64,000 nt of DNA, taken from IMG/VR virus record IMGVR_UViG_3300035520_001173, positions 1 to 64,000 of that record, one strand, 5' to 3'. The stretch comes from a virus. Its lineage: Duplodnaviria > Caudoviricetes. Within the stretch, counting starts at the first letter, position 1, and each line of letters begins with the position of its first letter. A program made the position numbers and the translations under genes. The notes beneath the pieces were generated by a model. It was not told the origin of the DNA. It saw only the letters and a program-made list of their open reading frames with translations, and searched no databases. Shown in pieces: positions 48,501 through 56,966 of the stretch.

Positions 48501-51500
48501 TACCGTGGTCCTTCGACATTTGGCCCAGGTAAGATGGATGATGTAACTTGGGGTCTTAAGAAGAAAGTTCACAAATATTTCGCAATGATTGAGGGCGCAG
48601 AAAATAACTACCCCTTGACCGATATGCGTGTTCCTTTTGACGAGAACGTAACTGCTCACTTCGATAGTGGTGAACAGGACGGATGGAATGACCCTGTTAA
48701 AGGTGATGTCGCAATTGATATTGATAAGTTTGCATCTTCGGCAACCGACTCTGAAGGTAATTCAATTCCAAGTGAAGAAATTACTAACAAGATTAAAGCT
48801 GCATGGAACTTCTTATATTGGCACAATCCTCGTATTACTTACTATTCTAATGCATACGAGACATTCTTGACTGACGATTCTCTTGATACCACTATGGCCT
48901 ATTGGTTTACGAGCGGTACTAGGAAATATCAACTTGTACGTTATGCAGGTGAAAAATTAGGTTGGGTTGATGCAGGTATGCTAAGCGGTAGTACTTATGC
49001 GGTTCGTGACCTTTCTACTGATACTATTACAAAGTCGGCATTTAGTGATTCTTCAATTGCAGGTGATTACTCTAAGATGAACTCAGCTATCATTGCTGCT
49101 CTTGCTGCTGATGCTAAATTACATATTGGCGAATATTTCAATGTGGAATCATTGAAATTCCACTATGCATATGTAAATCATTTCATTGCAGGTACTGATA
49201 ACTGTTCTAAGAACACTTATTATGTTCTTGCTCCGAGGACTAAGGATGGCGTCACTACATGGTTAATTGAGCTTCACCAAGATGACCTTGATACTATCTT
49301 CTCAACTGATAATACAGGCCGTCAAACTAAGCCTTACTACATTGACCGTCAACATCCGTATGCTGATGGTAAGCCTAACGATATTCTTTACGAAGGTAGT
49401 GCAAATGTTCTGTTTAACCTTGTAGAATTGATGTATGAAGATAGTAAGGAACTTCAAACAATGCTCCACAATATTTTCACTACAATGTGCGAACTTGTTG
49501 GTAAAGAAGATGATCTTGTTGGCCTTACTAACAATGAAACTAAGAAAACGCCTTGGGGTTTCTTGCACAAATATTATTTCAACGTACAAAACTATTTCCC
49601 CGCTATAGCTTGGAATGAAATGGCACGTATTCGTTACGAATACCCTGCTTCAACAGGCTTCGTTTCAACAGGTGGTCGTAGTGTTCCCCCGTTGACTCAA
49701 TCTTTGGGTAATCAACTTGAGGCTGAAAAGCAATATATGAAACGTAGGCTTATCTACGCTGCTTCATATGCTGCTTGGGGCGATTTTGAATACGCAACAA
49801 CAGGTAGCGTTGGCATTTCAGATGTAGCAAGTTCTTTCGGTTTTCAAGGCTACAAATTGCCCAATGGTCAAACTGCTTCATATAAGATTAGCGTAACTCC
49901 TCACCAATACATCTATCCGACGGGTAACACAGGTAGTAATACTGTTGACCCACATGTTCGCCTATCTCCTGGCCAAACTTATAAGTTTAACCTTGGTACT
50001 GTTGATGGAGATACTGGTGTTGCAATCTTTGCAGCTAACTATTATCGTTCATTCGGTAATGTCGGTGATTTATCTTGTAAAGCTGATGCACAGTTTACTC
50101 TTACAGGCAAACGCTTAATTGAATTTACCGCCGAACCCACCTTATTGTATGATGGTCAAGCCGCTTTCCGCCCTAAACAGTTTGCTATCAACGGCGCTAA
50201 TGCTCTGAAATCTTTCAGCTTGAAAGGTTGCGATGGCATTAAAGGTAGTCTTGATTTAAGCGAATTGATTCGTGTTAAGACAATTGATGTTTGCGGTACA
50301 GGAATTACGAGTGTAGTTCTACCTGAAAGTGAGAACCTTAAGAAAGTTTGCTTACCTGCAAAACTTACTGAATTAACTCTTGATGATGTTCCCAATCTCA
50401 ATGACCTTACTCTTGAAGGCTATTCTGCATTGAAATCAATCAAAATCAGTGATAATGTAGGCGCTCTTAATACTCAAGCGATTATTAGTTCTTGTTACGA
50501 TAACAACGCTCCTTTGGAAAGTGTTAGCATTGCCAATATTAATTGGACTAATGCATCGGCTACTATTTTGGATTGGCTTCTCGATGTTAAGTCTTTATCT
50601 CTATCAGGTAGAATTGAATTAGCAAGCAATGTGGCTATCTCTTATAGCACTAAGATGAAGCTTGTATCTCTTTTCGGCAATATTGATTCTGAAACCAACT
50701 CTCTGTATATTAAGTATAAACAGAACGGTATCAATACAATTGAGATTGCTTGCCCCACTGAGTTTACTAAGGTAGGCACCTACACCGACTTCTCAATTTC
50801 AACATTGCCTACAACAGGTAATAACATTAAGATTAATAATGATGGTACCCCTGCAATCACTTGGTCTATCAGTTCTGAAGCTGCTGCTTATGCCGAATTC
50901 ACGGATTCTGCTAATGGTGTATTCAAGGTTAAGCAATTGGAGCAAAGAGACTCTAACTCTTACCACACTGTAACTGTTAGTGTTGAGCTTCTTAGCGGTA
51001 AGACTCTGACTGCTTCAACTAGGATTCACTTGTTTAGACGTATTCCTGAAGTGGGTGACTTTGCATGGCATGATGGTTCATTCAGCAATGCATTCACAAC
51101 TTTGAAAACTCTTGTTGGTATTGTATATCGTGTTGTTAAAGTTTCCGACGCTGAATATACAGTTCATATTGATGCTGCAAAGACTGTAAACGTTAAGAAC
51201 TCAGCAGGTACTGTAAGCGCTGGCTCTACTCTTCCTTGGGGTCTTTTCAATTCAACTGATACCAATGGTTTCTCAACCGATGTTGCTACTGAAATCATGA
51301 ACGCCACAGGTTGGTCTTCTACAGGTAGTGTATTTGATATTGCTGAATTAACCAACTACACTTCAACAGGCTTAGGTAATGGCTCAGTTCATAGCAGCGG
51401 AGGGTATCTTGAAAAAGATAACTACATTGATGAAACAACTGATGATGGCTATAAGACAATTTCAAGTGGTTCTGTAACTGATTTCAACCATAAGTCCAAT

Positions 51501-52109
51501 ACTGATAAAATTGTTGCCCATGCTAATGCAATCATTGATAAGTATCTTGATAAGTCTCGCCCCGAAACTACAGAGGAACTTGCTGACTTGATGTATTGGT
51601 GTCAACAACAAGACCAAACAGGTAATATGTACACCAAGTATTGGCAGTTATGCTACCCTGCTGCTTATGCTTGCCGTGTATATGCCCCTACCGTTGCTGA
51701 TGGTCAAGTCTTAGACGATGCTTATAAGGCAGGCTCTTGGGATTTGCCCGCCACAGGTGATGCAGGACGCATTTATAACTTCTATCACGCTTCACGTAAT
51801 TATGTAGAAAGTAGTACCCCTACTTCAACTTACGCCGTGGATGAAGATTCATTCAATGTTATGCAAGAGGCCCTTAAGCCTGTTTTTGCTCAAGCATTGA
51901 AACGTATGGAAGATGCAGGAGTTACCTCGTCAGGCTATGGTACGTATATGACGCTGCACAGCAACAGTTACCACTGGTGTTCCACAGAGTGCGGCTCGAA
52001 CGGCGCTTGGAACATGTACTTTACCAATGGTAACTGCAACGGCAACGGCTACGGCAAGGGCAACCGTTGCGTTGTGCGGGCAGTTGTCGCATATCCCTTT
52101 ACCCTTTAG
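45591..52109 (+). CDS. 2172-aa adhesin/tail-fibre-like DGR target protein (LamG-like, CotH-kinase-like, LRR-like, C-type-lectin-like VR domain)
   Basis: LamG-like TFEMDY...THVSINI...VFINGV...IDIYSLRCY; CotH-like AGTDNCSKNTY...HQDDLDT...DNTG; LRR-like region at about 50200-50600; C-terminal HWCSTE...AW.M.F..G......VRAV containing the VR. Confidence 0.8.
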   Translation: MINEEFTDLSGLFPKKDNDDALDQIEADSTESDEYLSSDEWNKLGNFLTQVKKRITDIEYNAIYGIRQGATTFYADDHEVTLTENIATIPTQGTSISVVFKNTNANFVSVNGECKLEFKAISVKEGSNFSETVAVEVLTAPTGSTNWTSRGTVNVNSRGDSSTQYDSVTLTSDSTATGDGYIYVGSGTRQLKLVGVGQSSRVEGSSDIATISLTSLKLVNKINYNTPIDASNAIFPISYQIYGGINKTLHVEITGSTSTYSTTYTIGTTQYDTENFSRNITDPNNANGILSHGVHTVTAWLTALDGDGNEVSSDKLVNQFMVINNDTATVSERTQPYLMLQGMGATTEVTNYVQANLCNYAVFVPKYVDGKIVADTDSEINLKFLITSYSENPLNDDNMVTYLTVSEPVKGGVQYNLTTTVEIEPASESEAEATSYDAYFRVWRYTTNNEGDVVDTFDFLNESSGFTYRKIDVDNSDSFTPTSGASFLINPKVRSNSEADFKRIYNAKADNAEIESVWTGFSGVNDGWITSSDDSQRVLRVLAGEKLTIKYNPFAQFLSDPNTSLTFEMDYKVRNVSDPEDEQIIGINETVGGSTIGLVMSSIRAYLLTKSNQVSENQDWQWQEDARTHVSINICNDVTSKEGANSLALVRVFINGVLNREFTFNKTDKNEFCTAALSNGGIVIGSSSADIDIYSLRCYTNQTLSPRNIVKNWIATLPTSAEKLQAREDNDILDSETNLITVSKLAEHKKRCLIWHGVEPYQMLSSKQPGYWEIRQYNDDGSINNEISGTIGKESYLAYLKDSSVNCLVASRQGSTANTYYWSNMQTKIKDLKNKITVKLSDFHSSITVVVNDDNTATITGGNIDGTYELVDNETAVQVVDGWVDFNGKYHGNGFQVATTVPLGQKMVNKINYASSMQSHLCGGVASYNDLHTAIVGKNDLQVDTPNARVSKYTEPFFFFVQETETAEPEYRGPSTFGPGKMDDVTWGLKKKVHKYFAMIEGAENNYPLTDMRVPFDENVTAHFDSGEQDGWNDPVKGDVAIDIDKFASSATDSEGNSIPSEEITNKIKAAWNFLYWHNPRITYYSNAYETFLTDDSLDTTMAYWFTSGTRKYQLVRYAGEKLGWVDAGMLSGSTYAVRDLSTDTITKSAFSDSSIAGDYSKMNSAIIAALAADAKLHIGEYFNVESLKFHYAYVNHFIAGTDNCSKNTYYVLAPRTKDGVTTWLIELHQDDLDTIFSTDNTGRQTKPYYIDRQHPYADGKPNDILYEGSANVLFNLVELMYEDSKELQTMLHNIFTTMCELVGKEDDLVGLTNNETKKTPWGFLHKYYFNVQNYFPAIAWNEMARIRYEYPASTGFVSTGGRSVPPLTQSLGNQLEAEKQYMKRRLIYAASYAAWGDFEYATTGSVGISDVASSFGFQGYKLPNGQTASYKISVTPHQYIYPTGNTGSNTVDPHVRLSPGQTYKFNLGTVDGDTGVAIFAANYYRSFGNVGDLSCKADAQFTLTGKRLIEFTAEPTLLYDGQAAFRPKQFAINGANALKSFSLKGCDGIKGSLDLSELIRVKTIDVCGTGITSVVLPESENLKKVCLPAKLTELTLDDVPNLNDLTLEGYSALKSIKISDNVGALNTQAIISSCYDNNAPLESVSIANINWTNASATILDWLLDVKSLSLSGRIELASNVAISYSTKMKLVSLFGNIDSETNSLYIKYKQNGINTIEIACPTEFTKVGTYTDFSISTLPTTGNNIKINNDGTPAITWSISSEAAAYAEFTDSANGVFKVKQLEQRDSNSYHTVTVSVELLSGKTLTASTRIHLFRRIPEVGDFAWHDGSFSNAFTTLKTLVGIVYRVVKVSDAEYTVHIDAAKTVNVKNSAGTVSAGSTLPWGLFNSTDTNGFSTDVATEIMNATGWSSTGSVFDIAELTNYTSTGLGNGSVHSSGGYLEKDNYIDETTDDGYKTISSGSVTDFNHKSNTDKIVAHANAIIDKYLDKSRPETTEELADLMYWCQQQDQTGNMYTKYWQLCYPAAYACRVYAPTVADGQVLDDAYKAGSWDLPATGDAGRIYNFYHASRNYVESSTPTSTYAVDEDSFNVMQEALKPVFAQALKRMEDAGVTSSGYGTYMTLHSNSYHWCSTECGSNGAWNMYFTNGNCNGNGYGKGNRCVVRAVVAYPFTL
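51965..52092 (+). repeat. DGR variable repeat (VR), including the IMH
   Basis: Aligns with TR 53262-53383: 14 substitutions at TR adenines (12 to G, 2 to T), one non-A mismatch and a 6-nt insertion. Confidence 0.95.
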
Positions 52110-52115
52110 CCCTTT

Positions 52116-52138
52116 GTGAGTAGCCTTGCGCTGCTCAC
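52116..52138 (+). promoter_or_regulatory. DGR target-recognition hairpin downstream of the IMH
   Basis: GTGAGTAGC-CTTGC-GCTGCTCAC, 6 nt after the stop codon. Confidence 0.7.
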
Positions 52139-52190
52139 TATAGAACATTTAAATAAACTCGTTTAGTGGGGCAGTAAGCAACTACGCTAT

Positions 52191-52233
52191 GAATAACACG
52201 GGTAACCTTCTTCTTATCCGTGTTATTCTTTTT
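52191..52233 (+). terminator. Terminator after the adhesin gene
   Basis: GAATAACACGGGTAA...TTATCCGTGTTATTC plus T tract. Confidence 0.8.
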
Positions 52234-52254
52234 ATACTGTTTTACTACTATAAC

Positions 52255-52283
52255 TTGACTTTTTAAAACCCGTATAATATATT
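52255..52283 (+). promoter_or_regulatory. Sigma70-like promoter of the avd-TR-RT cassette
   Basis: TTGACT-17 nt-TATATT, about 240 nt upstream of avd. Confidence 0.6.
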
Positions 52284-52522
52284 TTATTAGACATAAATTC
52301 GAAAACAACTTAAACTGTTTAACAGATTGTCTTGAGGTACAGAGCAGGCAATGCCAAAGAAATAACAGTCTCTTCTTGCTAAGCTTTCTGAAACTGTTTA
52401 TTTTGTTTAAAATTATACCAATTTTAAAAAATATGTTTAAAAACAGTATTTTTTAGCATATTGATATATTTATTAATATAAATAAAAATAAATAAGAGAA
52501 TAAAAAAACAGCAAACAAATTT

Positions 52523-53119
52523 ATGGCGTTCAACGAAAAGAACGAAGACAAATTAAAATATGATGTTAATTTTAGTGGTCTTAAGAACTTGAGATATAGC
52601 GATGATAAAAATCGCATGATGAGAATTAAGGACTTAAACGACGATGGTGGTTGCGTTATACTCCCCTCTGATTCTGTAGAACGGAGCAACTACCTGAAAG
52701 AAGTAATGGGACAGAAAGGCGTTTGCCGATTACCTGTATTTAAAGAGATGGGTAATTTGATTTATACTATAGTTGAATTGTTACCAATCGCCCCTCACGC
52801 CTCTAAGCCCTATTTCGATTCAGTTATTCTTTTGGCTAATGATATTTTAGCGAAAATTACATTAGCTAATGAGATATTAAGCGCTGACGCTGAAAAACGT
52901 GCCGACCTTATTAGTCAGTGTATTGCGTTAGTGCAGGCATTAAACATCCACTTAGTGATAATTTCTCGCCTTCATCAGCAAGGCAAGGGCAGTCACCTTC
53001 TTTTTAATAGAAAGAGCTTGTCGCAAGTGGTCAAAAGGTCCGAGAAAGTTGCCAAACAATTGTATGGATGGCGTAGTTACACTCTCGGCCTGCGCAAGGG
53101 TCATAATGATGTTGTATGA
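52523..53119 (+). CDS. avd: DGR accessory variability determinant (Avd-like four-helix bundle)
   Basis: LPVFKEM..LI...V...LANDILAKITLAN...QLYGWR; canonical position before TR and RT. Confidence 0.75.
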   Translation: MAFNEKNEDKLKYDVNFSGLKNLRYSDDKNRMMRIKDLNDDGGCVILPSDSVERSNYLKEVMGQKGVCRLPVFKEMGNLIYTIVELLPIAPHASKPYFDSVILLANDILAKITLANEILSADAEKRADLISQCIALVQALNIHLVIISRLHQQGKGSHLLFNRKSLSQVVKRSEKVAKQLYGWRSYTLGLRKGHNDVV

Positions 53120-53261
53120 TTATGAGAATGCGTAAGAACCCATCATATGGGCGGTTTACTTGTAAGAGCCACCAAACAAAATTTAAAAGGTTAATTCCGA
53201 TGAACAATAAAAATTTATTCTCGGTTCTCATAAGTTACGAAGTTGCAAAACCGCAATCGGG

Positions 53262-53383
53262 CAGTAACCACTGGTGTTCCACAGAGTACAACTCGAACAA
53301 CGCTTGGAACATGAACTTTACCAATGGTAACTACAACAACAACAACAAGTACAACCGTTACGTTGTGCGGGCAGTTGTCGCAT
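53262..53383 (+). repeat. DGR template repeat (TR)
   Basis: AAC-rich invariant copy of the VR lying between avd and RT; ends GTTGTGCGGGCAGTTGTCGCAT (IMH*). Confidence 0.95.
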
Positions 53384-53465
53384 GTGGTGATGGTTCAAAT
53401 AGTAAATCTTCTCAATTCCTTGAGAATAAATTAAGAAATTATTTCTTTTTGCCATAGTTTATTTA

Positions 53466-54782
53466 ATGACCGAAGAAGATAAGTTCATGGACTCCGTAAT
53501 TTATGCTTATTACGATTGTCTTAGAGGAAAGAGAAGTAGCGTTGAGGCTGTGCATTATCAAAATATTGTTAGGCACGACCTTCCGATTTTAGCCAAAAGC
53601 ATGTGGGATGGCACTTATTCTCCATCACCAAGTACTTGCTTTATGGTTCATAAGCCTAAAGACCGAGAAGTCTTTGCGGCAAATTTTAGAGACAGAATTG
53701 TCCACCACTGGATATGTTTGAGGCTTGAACCTCTGTTCGAGAAACATATTTTTGTGCCGATGGGAAATGTCTCTTTCAACTGCAGAAAGGGCTTCGGCAC
53801 CACTGCGGCAGTCAATTACATTGAGAAGAATTTAGTAAGGTTGACAAATAATTATCAAAAAGAAGTTACTTACTTTAAAGGAGATTTATCTGGTTTCTTT
53901 ATGAGTATCCTAAAGCCTCTTTTGAATGCAAAGCTTAAAACCTTTATTGAAAAGTACTATCATGGAGATTATAAGTCAATCTTGCTAAATTTAACTCAAG
54001 TAACTGTTTTGCACCACCCTGAAAGGAACTGTATTATTAATTCAGACGCTAAAGAGTGGCTCAAGTTGCCAAAAAATAAATCTCTATTCTATTCTGAAGA
54101 TAGAGGTATGCCAATCGGCAATTTGACTACTCAACTTTTTGCTAATTTCTTTATGTCGGAGTTTGATGCTTTTGTAAGGAAATACTTTAAAGAGCAAGAT
54201 TATGCATATGCACGTTTTGTTGATGACTTCATAATCCTTTGCCGTAATAAAAAGTTCTTAAAAGAGTCAATACCTGTACTCGAAAATTTCTTATGGGAAG
54301 AGTTAAGTTTAACACTTCACAAGAATAAAAGAAGTATGCAGAAGGCAACTCGTGGAGTTTTGTTCTGTGGAACATATTTAAAAGTAAAAAGGAAGTATTT
54401 ATCTAATAGAACAGTTAGTAACTTTTATAGTAGAATCCATGGCTTCAATGAAGATATCAAAAATAAAGAGCCAAATATGTTTGAGCTCGAACATATGGTA
54501 GCAACTATGAACTCCTATCTTGGATTCTGCAAAGGATTAAAAACATTCAAACTTCGAAAGAAAATATTTGAGCAATTTGACAAAGAGAAATTTGATAAGT
54601 ATTTTTTAATAGATGAGAATTTAAGTAAAGTACAACTTAAAGATGAATACAAACCTATTGCTAATAGAGATTACCAAAAAATAGGACTTATAAAGAATAA
54701 AAATAAAAAGAATAAAAAGAGACGATGGAGAAAGTCAAATACAGTGAATACCCTTCGGTCATCACCGCAACCAAATTCTTAA
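53466..54782 (+). CDS. DGR reverse transcriptase
   Basis: KPKDREVFAANFRDRIVHH, SFNCRKGFG, GDLSGFFMSI, GMPIGNLTTQLFANFFM, RFVDDF, FCG. Confidence 0.95.
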   Translation: MTEEDKFMDSVIYAYYDCLRGKRSSVEAVHYQNIVRHDLPILAKSMWDGTYSPSPSTCFMVHKPKDREVFAANFRDRIVHHWICLRLEPLFEKHIFVPMGNVSFNCRKGFGTTAAVNYIEKNLVRLTNNYQKEVTYFKGDLSGFFMSILKPLLNAKLKTFIEKYYHGDYKSILLNLTQVTVLHHPERNCIINSDAKEWLKLPKNKSLFYSEDRGMPIGNLTTQLFANFFMSEFDAFVRKYFKEQDYAYARFVDDFIILCRNKKFLKESIPVLENFLWEELSLTLHKNKRSMQKATRGVLFCGTYLKVKRKYLSNRTVSNFYSRIHGFNEDIKNKEPNMFELEHMVATMNSYLGFCKGLKTFKLRKKIFEQFDKEKFDKYFLIDENLSKVQLKDEYKPIANRDYQKIGLIKNKNKKNKKRRWRKSNTVNTLRSSPQPNS

Positions 54783-55156
54783 CAATGGATTCAACATCCA
54801 TAAACATTGCCGTGGCAAAACAGGAAGCTGAAAATGATGAAACTCCTCAATATGAAGCTTACACCACTAGTATCTCAAAGGCTACTATTGTAGATGTATT
54901 AGCTGCAATTGTAGAGAGTGAATTACTTGAGAAGTGTACTACTGATGAGCTTAAAGAAATTTTTAATCACTTCAAGATAGATAGCTACGATGAAGCCGTT
55001 ACCGCTCTTGTGCGCAGTAAATATTCAGCAGACAAAGTTGAAGCTATCTTATGCAATAGAGGTGACAATAACGCTGAACACGAACAAGAATATACTCAAT
55101 TTCAAACGTGGAGAACCTATTCAAAAGAATTATCCTCAAAGATTTTCGATAGGTAA
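54725..55156 (+). CDS. Putative tail-fibre assembly chaperone
   Basis: ALVRSKYSADKVEAILCN...EYTQFQTWR; position after the fibre/DGR cassette. Confidence 0.5.
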   Translation: MEKVKYSEYPSVITATKFLTMDSTSINIAVAKQEAENDETPQYEAYTTSISKATIVDVLAAIVESELLEKCTTDELKEIFNHFKIDSYDEAVTALVRSKYSADKVEAILCNRGDNNAEHEQEYTQFQTWRTYSKELSSKIFDR

Positions 55157-55238
55157 AAAATTACACAAGGTAACTACTTAATGCTTTTCCCCATAGTAAT
55201 GTTATACAACAAAGAGCATTTTTAAGCAACAACAACTC

Positions 55239-55273
55239 GAAAGCACTCAGTCTGAGAAGATAGAGTGCTTTTT
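55239..55273. terminator. Terminator between convergent genes
   Basis: AAAGCACTC...GAGTGCTTT plus T tract. Confidence 0.7.
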
Positions 55274-55278
55274 TAATT

Positions 55279-55539
55279 TTAATAGTTGTTGATTTTTAGC
55301 TTTTCGATAACCGCTTCTGCTAACTCTAATGAATAAGACGGATGCGTTTCTTCTAAAATGTTCCATGCTTTTTTGTACTGTTTTATTGTTAACCAAAAGA
55401 AGCCATATCTTCGTGCTTGAATGACATATTCATTTAAAGCTGAAAAGTTTTCTCTACCTCGCTTATTTTTAATACGATAAGGAATCTCATCATTAAAACG
55501 TATTGCGAAACTCTGAAACCATTTATTGAGCATTTCCAT
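55279..55539 (-). CDS. Hypothetical protein
   Basis: 86-aa ORF. Confidence 0.5.
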   Translation of the reverse strand: MEMLNKWFQSFAIRFNDEIPYRIKNKRGRENFSALNEYVIQARRYGFFWLTIKQYKKAWNILEETHPSYSLELAEAVIEKLKINNY

Positions 55540-55621
55540 TTATTCCATTTAGTTAATAGCCTCAATATACAAAAATATGGTCTACTTTCACAAGCAAACC
55601 ATATTATATTGAGTTTGATTT

Positions 55622-56179
55622 TTAACTCAAATATAGAGTTCCTTTTTTGGATAATTTATCCAAGATGTCTTTGGCATCATTGCTTGAATAGGCAACTTTA
55701 CCATCGCCGTCAATGATGCAAATTTTATCCTTTTGCAGTTCATTTTTACTTTCATTGAAATGTTCTATAGAAAGAGGATTGTTTGAATTTTCAGTGCTTG
55801 TAACCCATCTTAGATTAGAAATCCTGTTATCATCTTTAATCGTATTGATATGGTCTACTTCACTTTTGTTTTCAGGATTATCAATGAAAGCCTTAGCAAC
55901 TAATCTATGAACTGATATTAACTTATCATTAAGTTTTACTTTTACATACGAATTGTAATAGTGGCATTTCAAAATTTTCTCTTGAATATCGAATGATGAA
56001 CGTTTGTCACTTTCTATTTTTCGTCCCTTTGATAAGACTCGGCCATATGAGCTTATTTTATAATTTCCATTATAGCCTTCAATATCTTTCCACTCTTCCC
56101 CTTCTAAAGTTTCGGTTGAAAACCATTCGTCTGAGTTGACTATAGGGACTTGATAATATTTCTCTTGAGTTGTTGTCAT
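55622..56179 (-). CDS. NUMOD4-HNH homing endonuclease
   Basis: EEWKDIEGYNGNYKISSYGRV (NUMOD4); VHRLVAKAFIDNPENKSEVDHINTIKDDNRISNLRW (HNH). Confidence 0.9.
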   Translation of the reverse strand: MTTTQEKYYQVPIVNSDEWFSTETLEGEEWKDIEGYNGNYKISSYGRVLSKGRKIESDKRSSFDIQEKILKCHYYNSYVKVKLNDKLISVHRLVAKAFIDNPENKSEVDHINTIKDDNRISNLRWVTSTENSNNPLSIEHFNESKNELQKDKICIIDGDGKVAYSSNDAKDILDKLSKKGTLYLS

Positions 56180-56242
56180 TTTTGCCTGTTGTTTTTAAAT
56201 CAGTTATAAATTCAGTTGGATATTTGCTTAAATTCAACGATG

Positions 56243-56273
56243 CAAAGGTACAAACTTTTTCTGTCATTCCAAA
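56243..56273 (-). promoter_or_regulatory. Bacteroidota-type promoter of the HNH gene
   Basis: Minus strand TTTG -19 nt- TACCTTTG. Confidence 0.75.
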
Positions 56274-56289
56274 AACAAATTGATTATTT

Positions 56290-56840
56290 TTTTTGATAAA
56301 AATCCATTGAAGTATTATGCTTTTTTTAGGCCGCTACCGCCCCAAATTTCTATTTATTTTTCTTTTTCACTTGAATTCAATTCATTTTAACCGTAACTGT
56401 CTGATTTTCATTTTTGTCTTTTTATTTTTAATTTTTCTTTTTTTTATTAATAATATTATTCTAGAATAAATTAATTTATTAATAATTTATTTTTATATAT
56501 AATATTATAAATTAGTTTATATTCTAAAGAATATAAACATTATAACTCTATAGAGTTATAATATATTATTATTAATTTTAAAATAAAAAATATAATTAAT
56601 TAATTTAATATTATACTAGTTATAAGTTTAATTGATTATAAAAGTAAAACAATTAAACTTATAACGTACTGGAGTTAATAAGGGAAAAATAAGCAAACGA
56701 AATAACAAAAGCAAGTAATTTCCCTATGTTTTAAAGTTTATTAACTCAATATAGCCAAAAATAATGCCATCTATAACTAAAATTAACTTTTAACTCTATA
56801 AAATGGTTGATTTTTGATTGATCAACGAAAAATAAATAAT
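56290..56840. other. AT-rich non-coding region with perfect palindromes; candidate replication origin
   Basis: No ORF; core 56420-56660 almost devoid of G/C; palindromes at 56456-69, 56465-80 and 56539-62; divergent flanking genes. Confidence 0.4.
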
Positions 56841-56966
56841 CTCTATGAAGAAAAATAATCAATCAAACAGAGATGGTAAAGAAAAAGTCAGTATATTTGA
56901 AACGCAGAGATTGAAGAGTCAACCTGCAAATAAAAAAAATAAATTTGCTTTAACTTCAACACAAAC

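Noticed and set aside
53116-53457. 113-aa ORF between avd and RT
   Set aside because: It is the in-frame translation of the TR (Asn-rich), which acts as RNA; not called as a protein.
53466-54782. RT as a group II intron, retron or Abi RT
   Set aside because: The adjacent avd, TR/VR pair and DGR-type PIGNLT.Q motif explain it; no intron maturase or msr-msd structure was seen.
52140-56960. CRISPR array or tRNA genes in the longer intergenic regions
   Set aside because: No regularly spaced direct repeats and no cloverleaf with T-loop/anticodon signatures were found by eye, here or elsewhere in the window.
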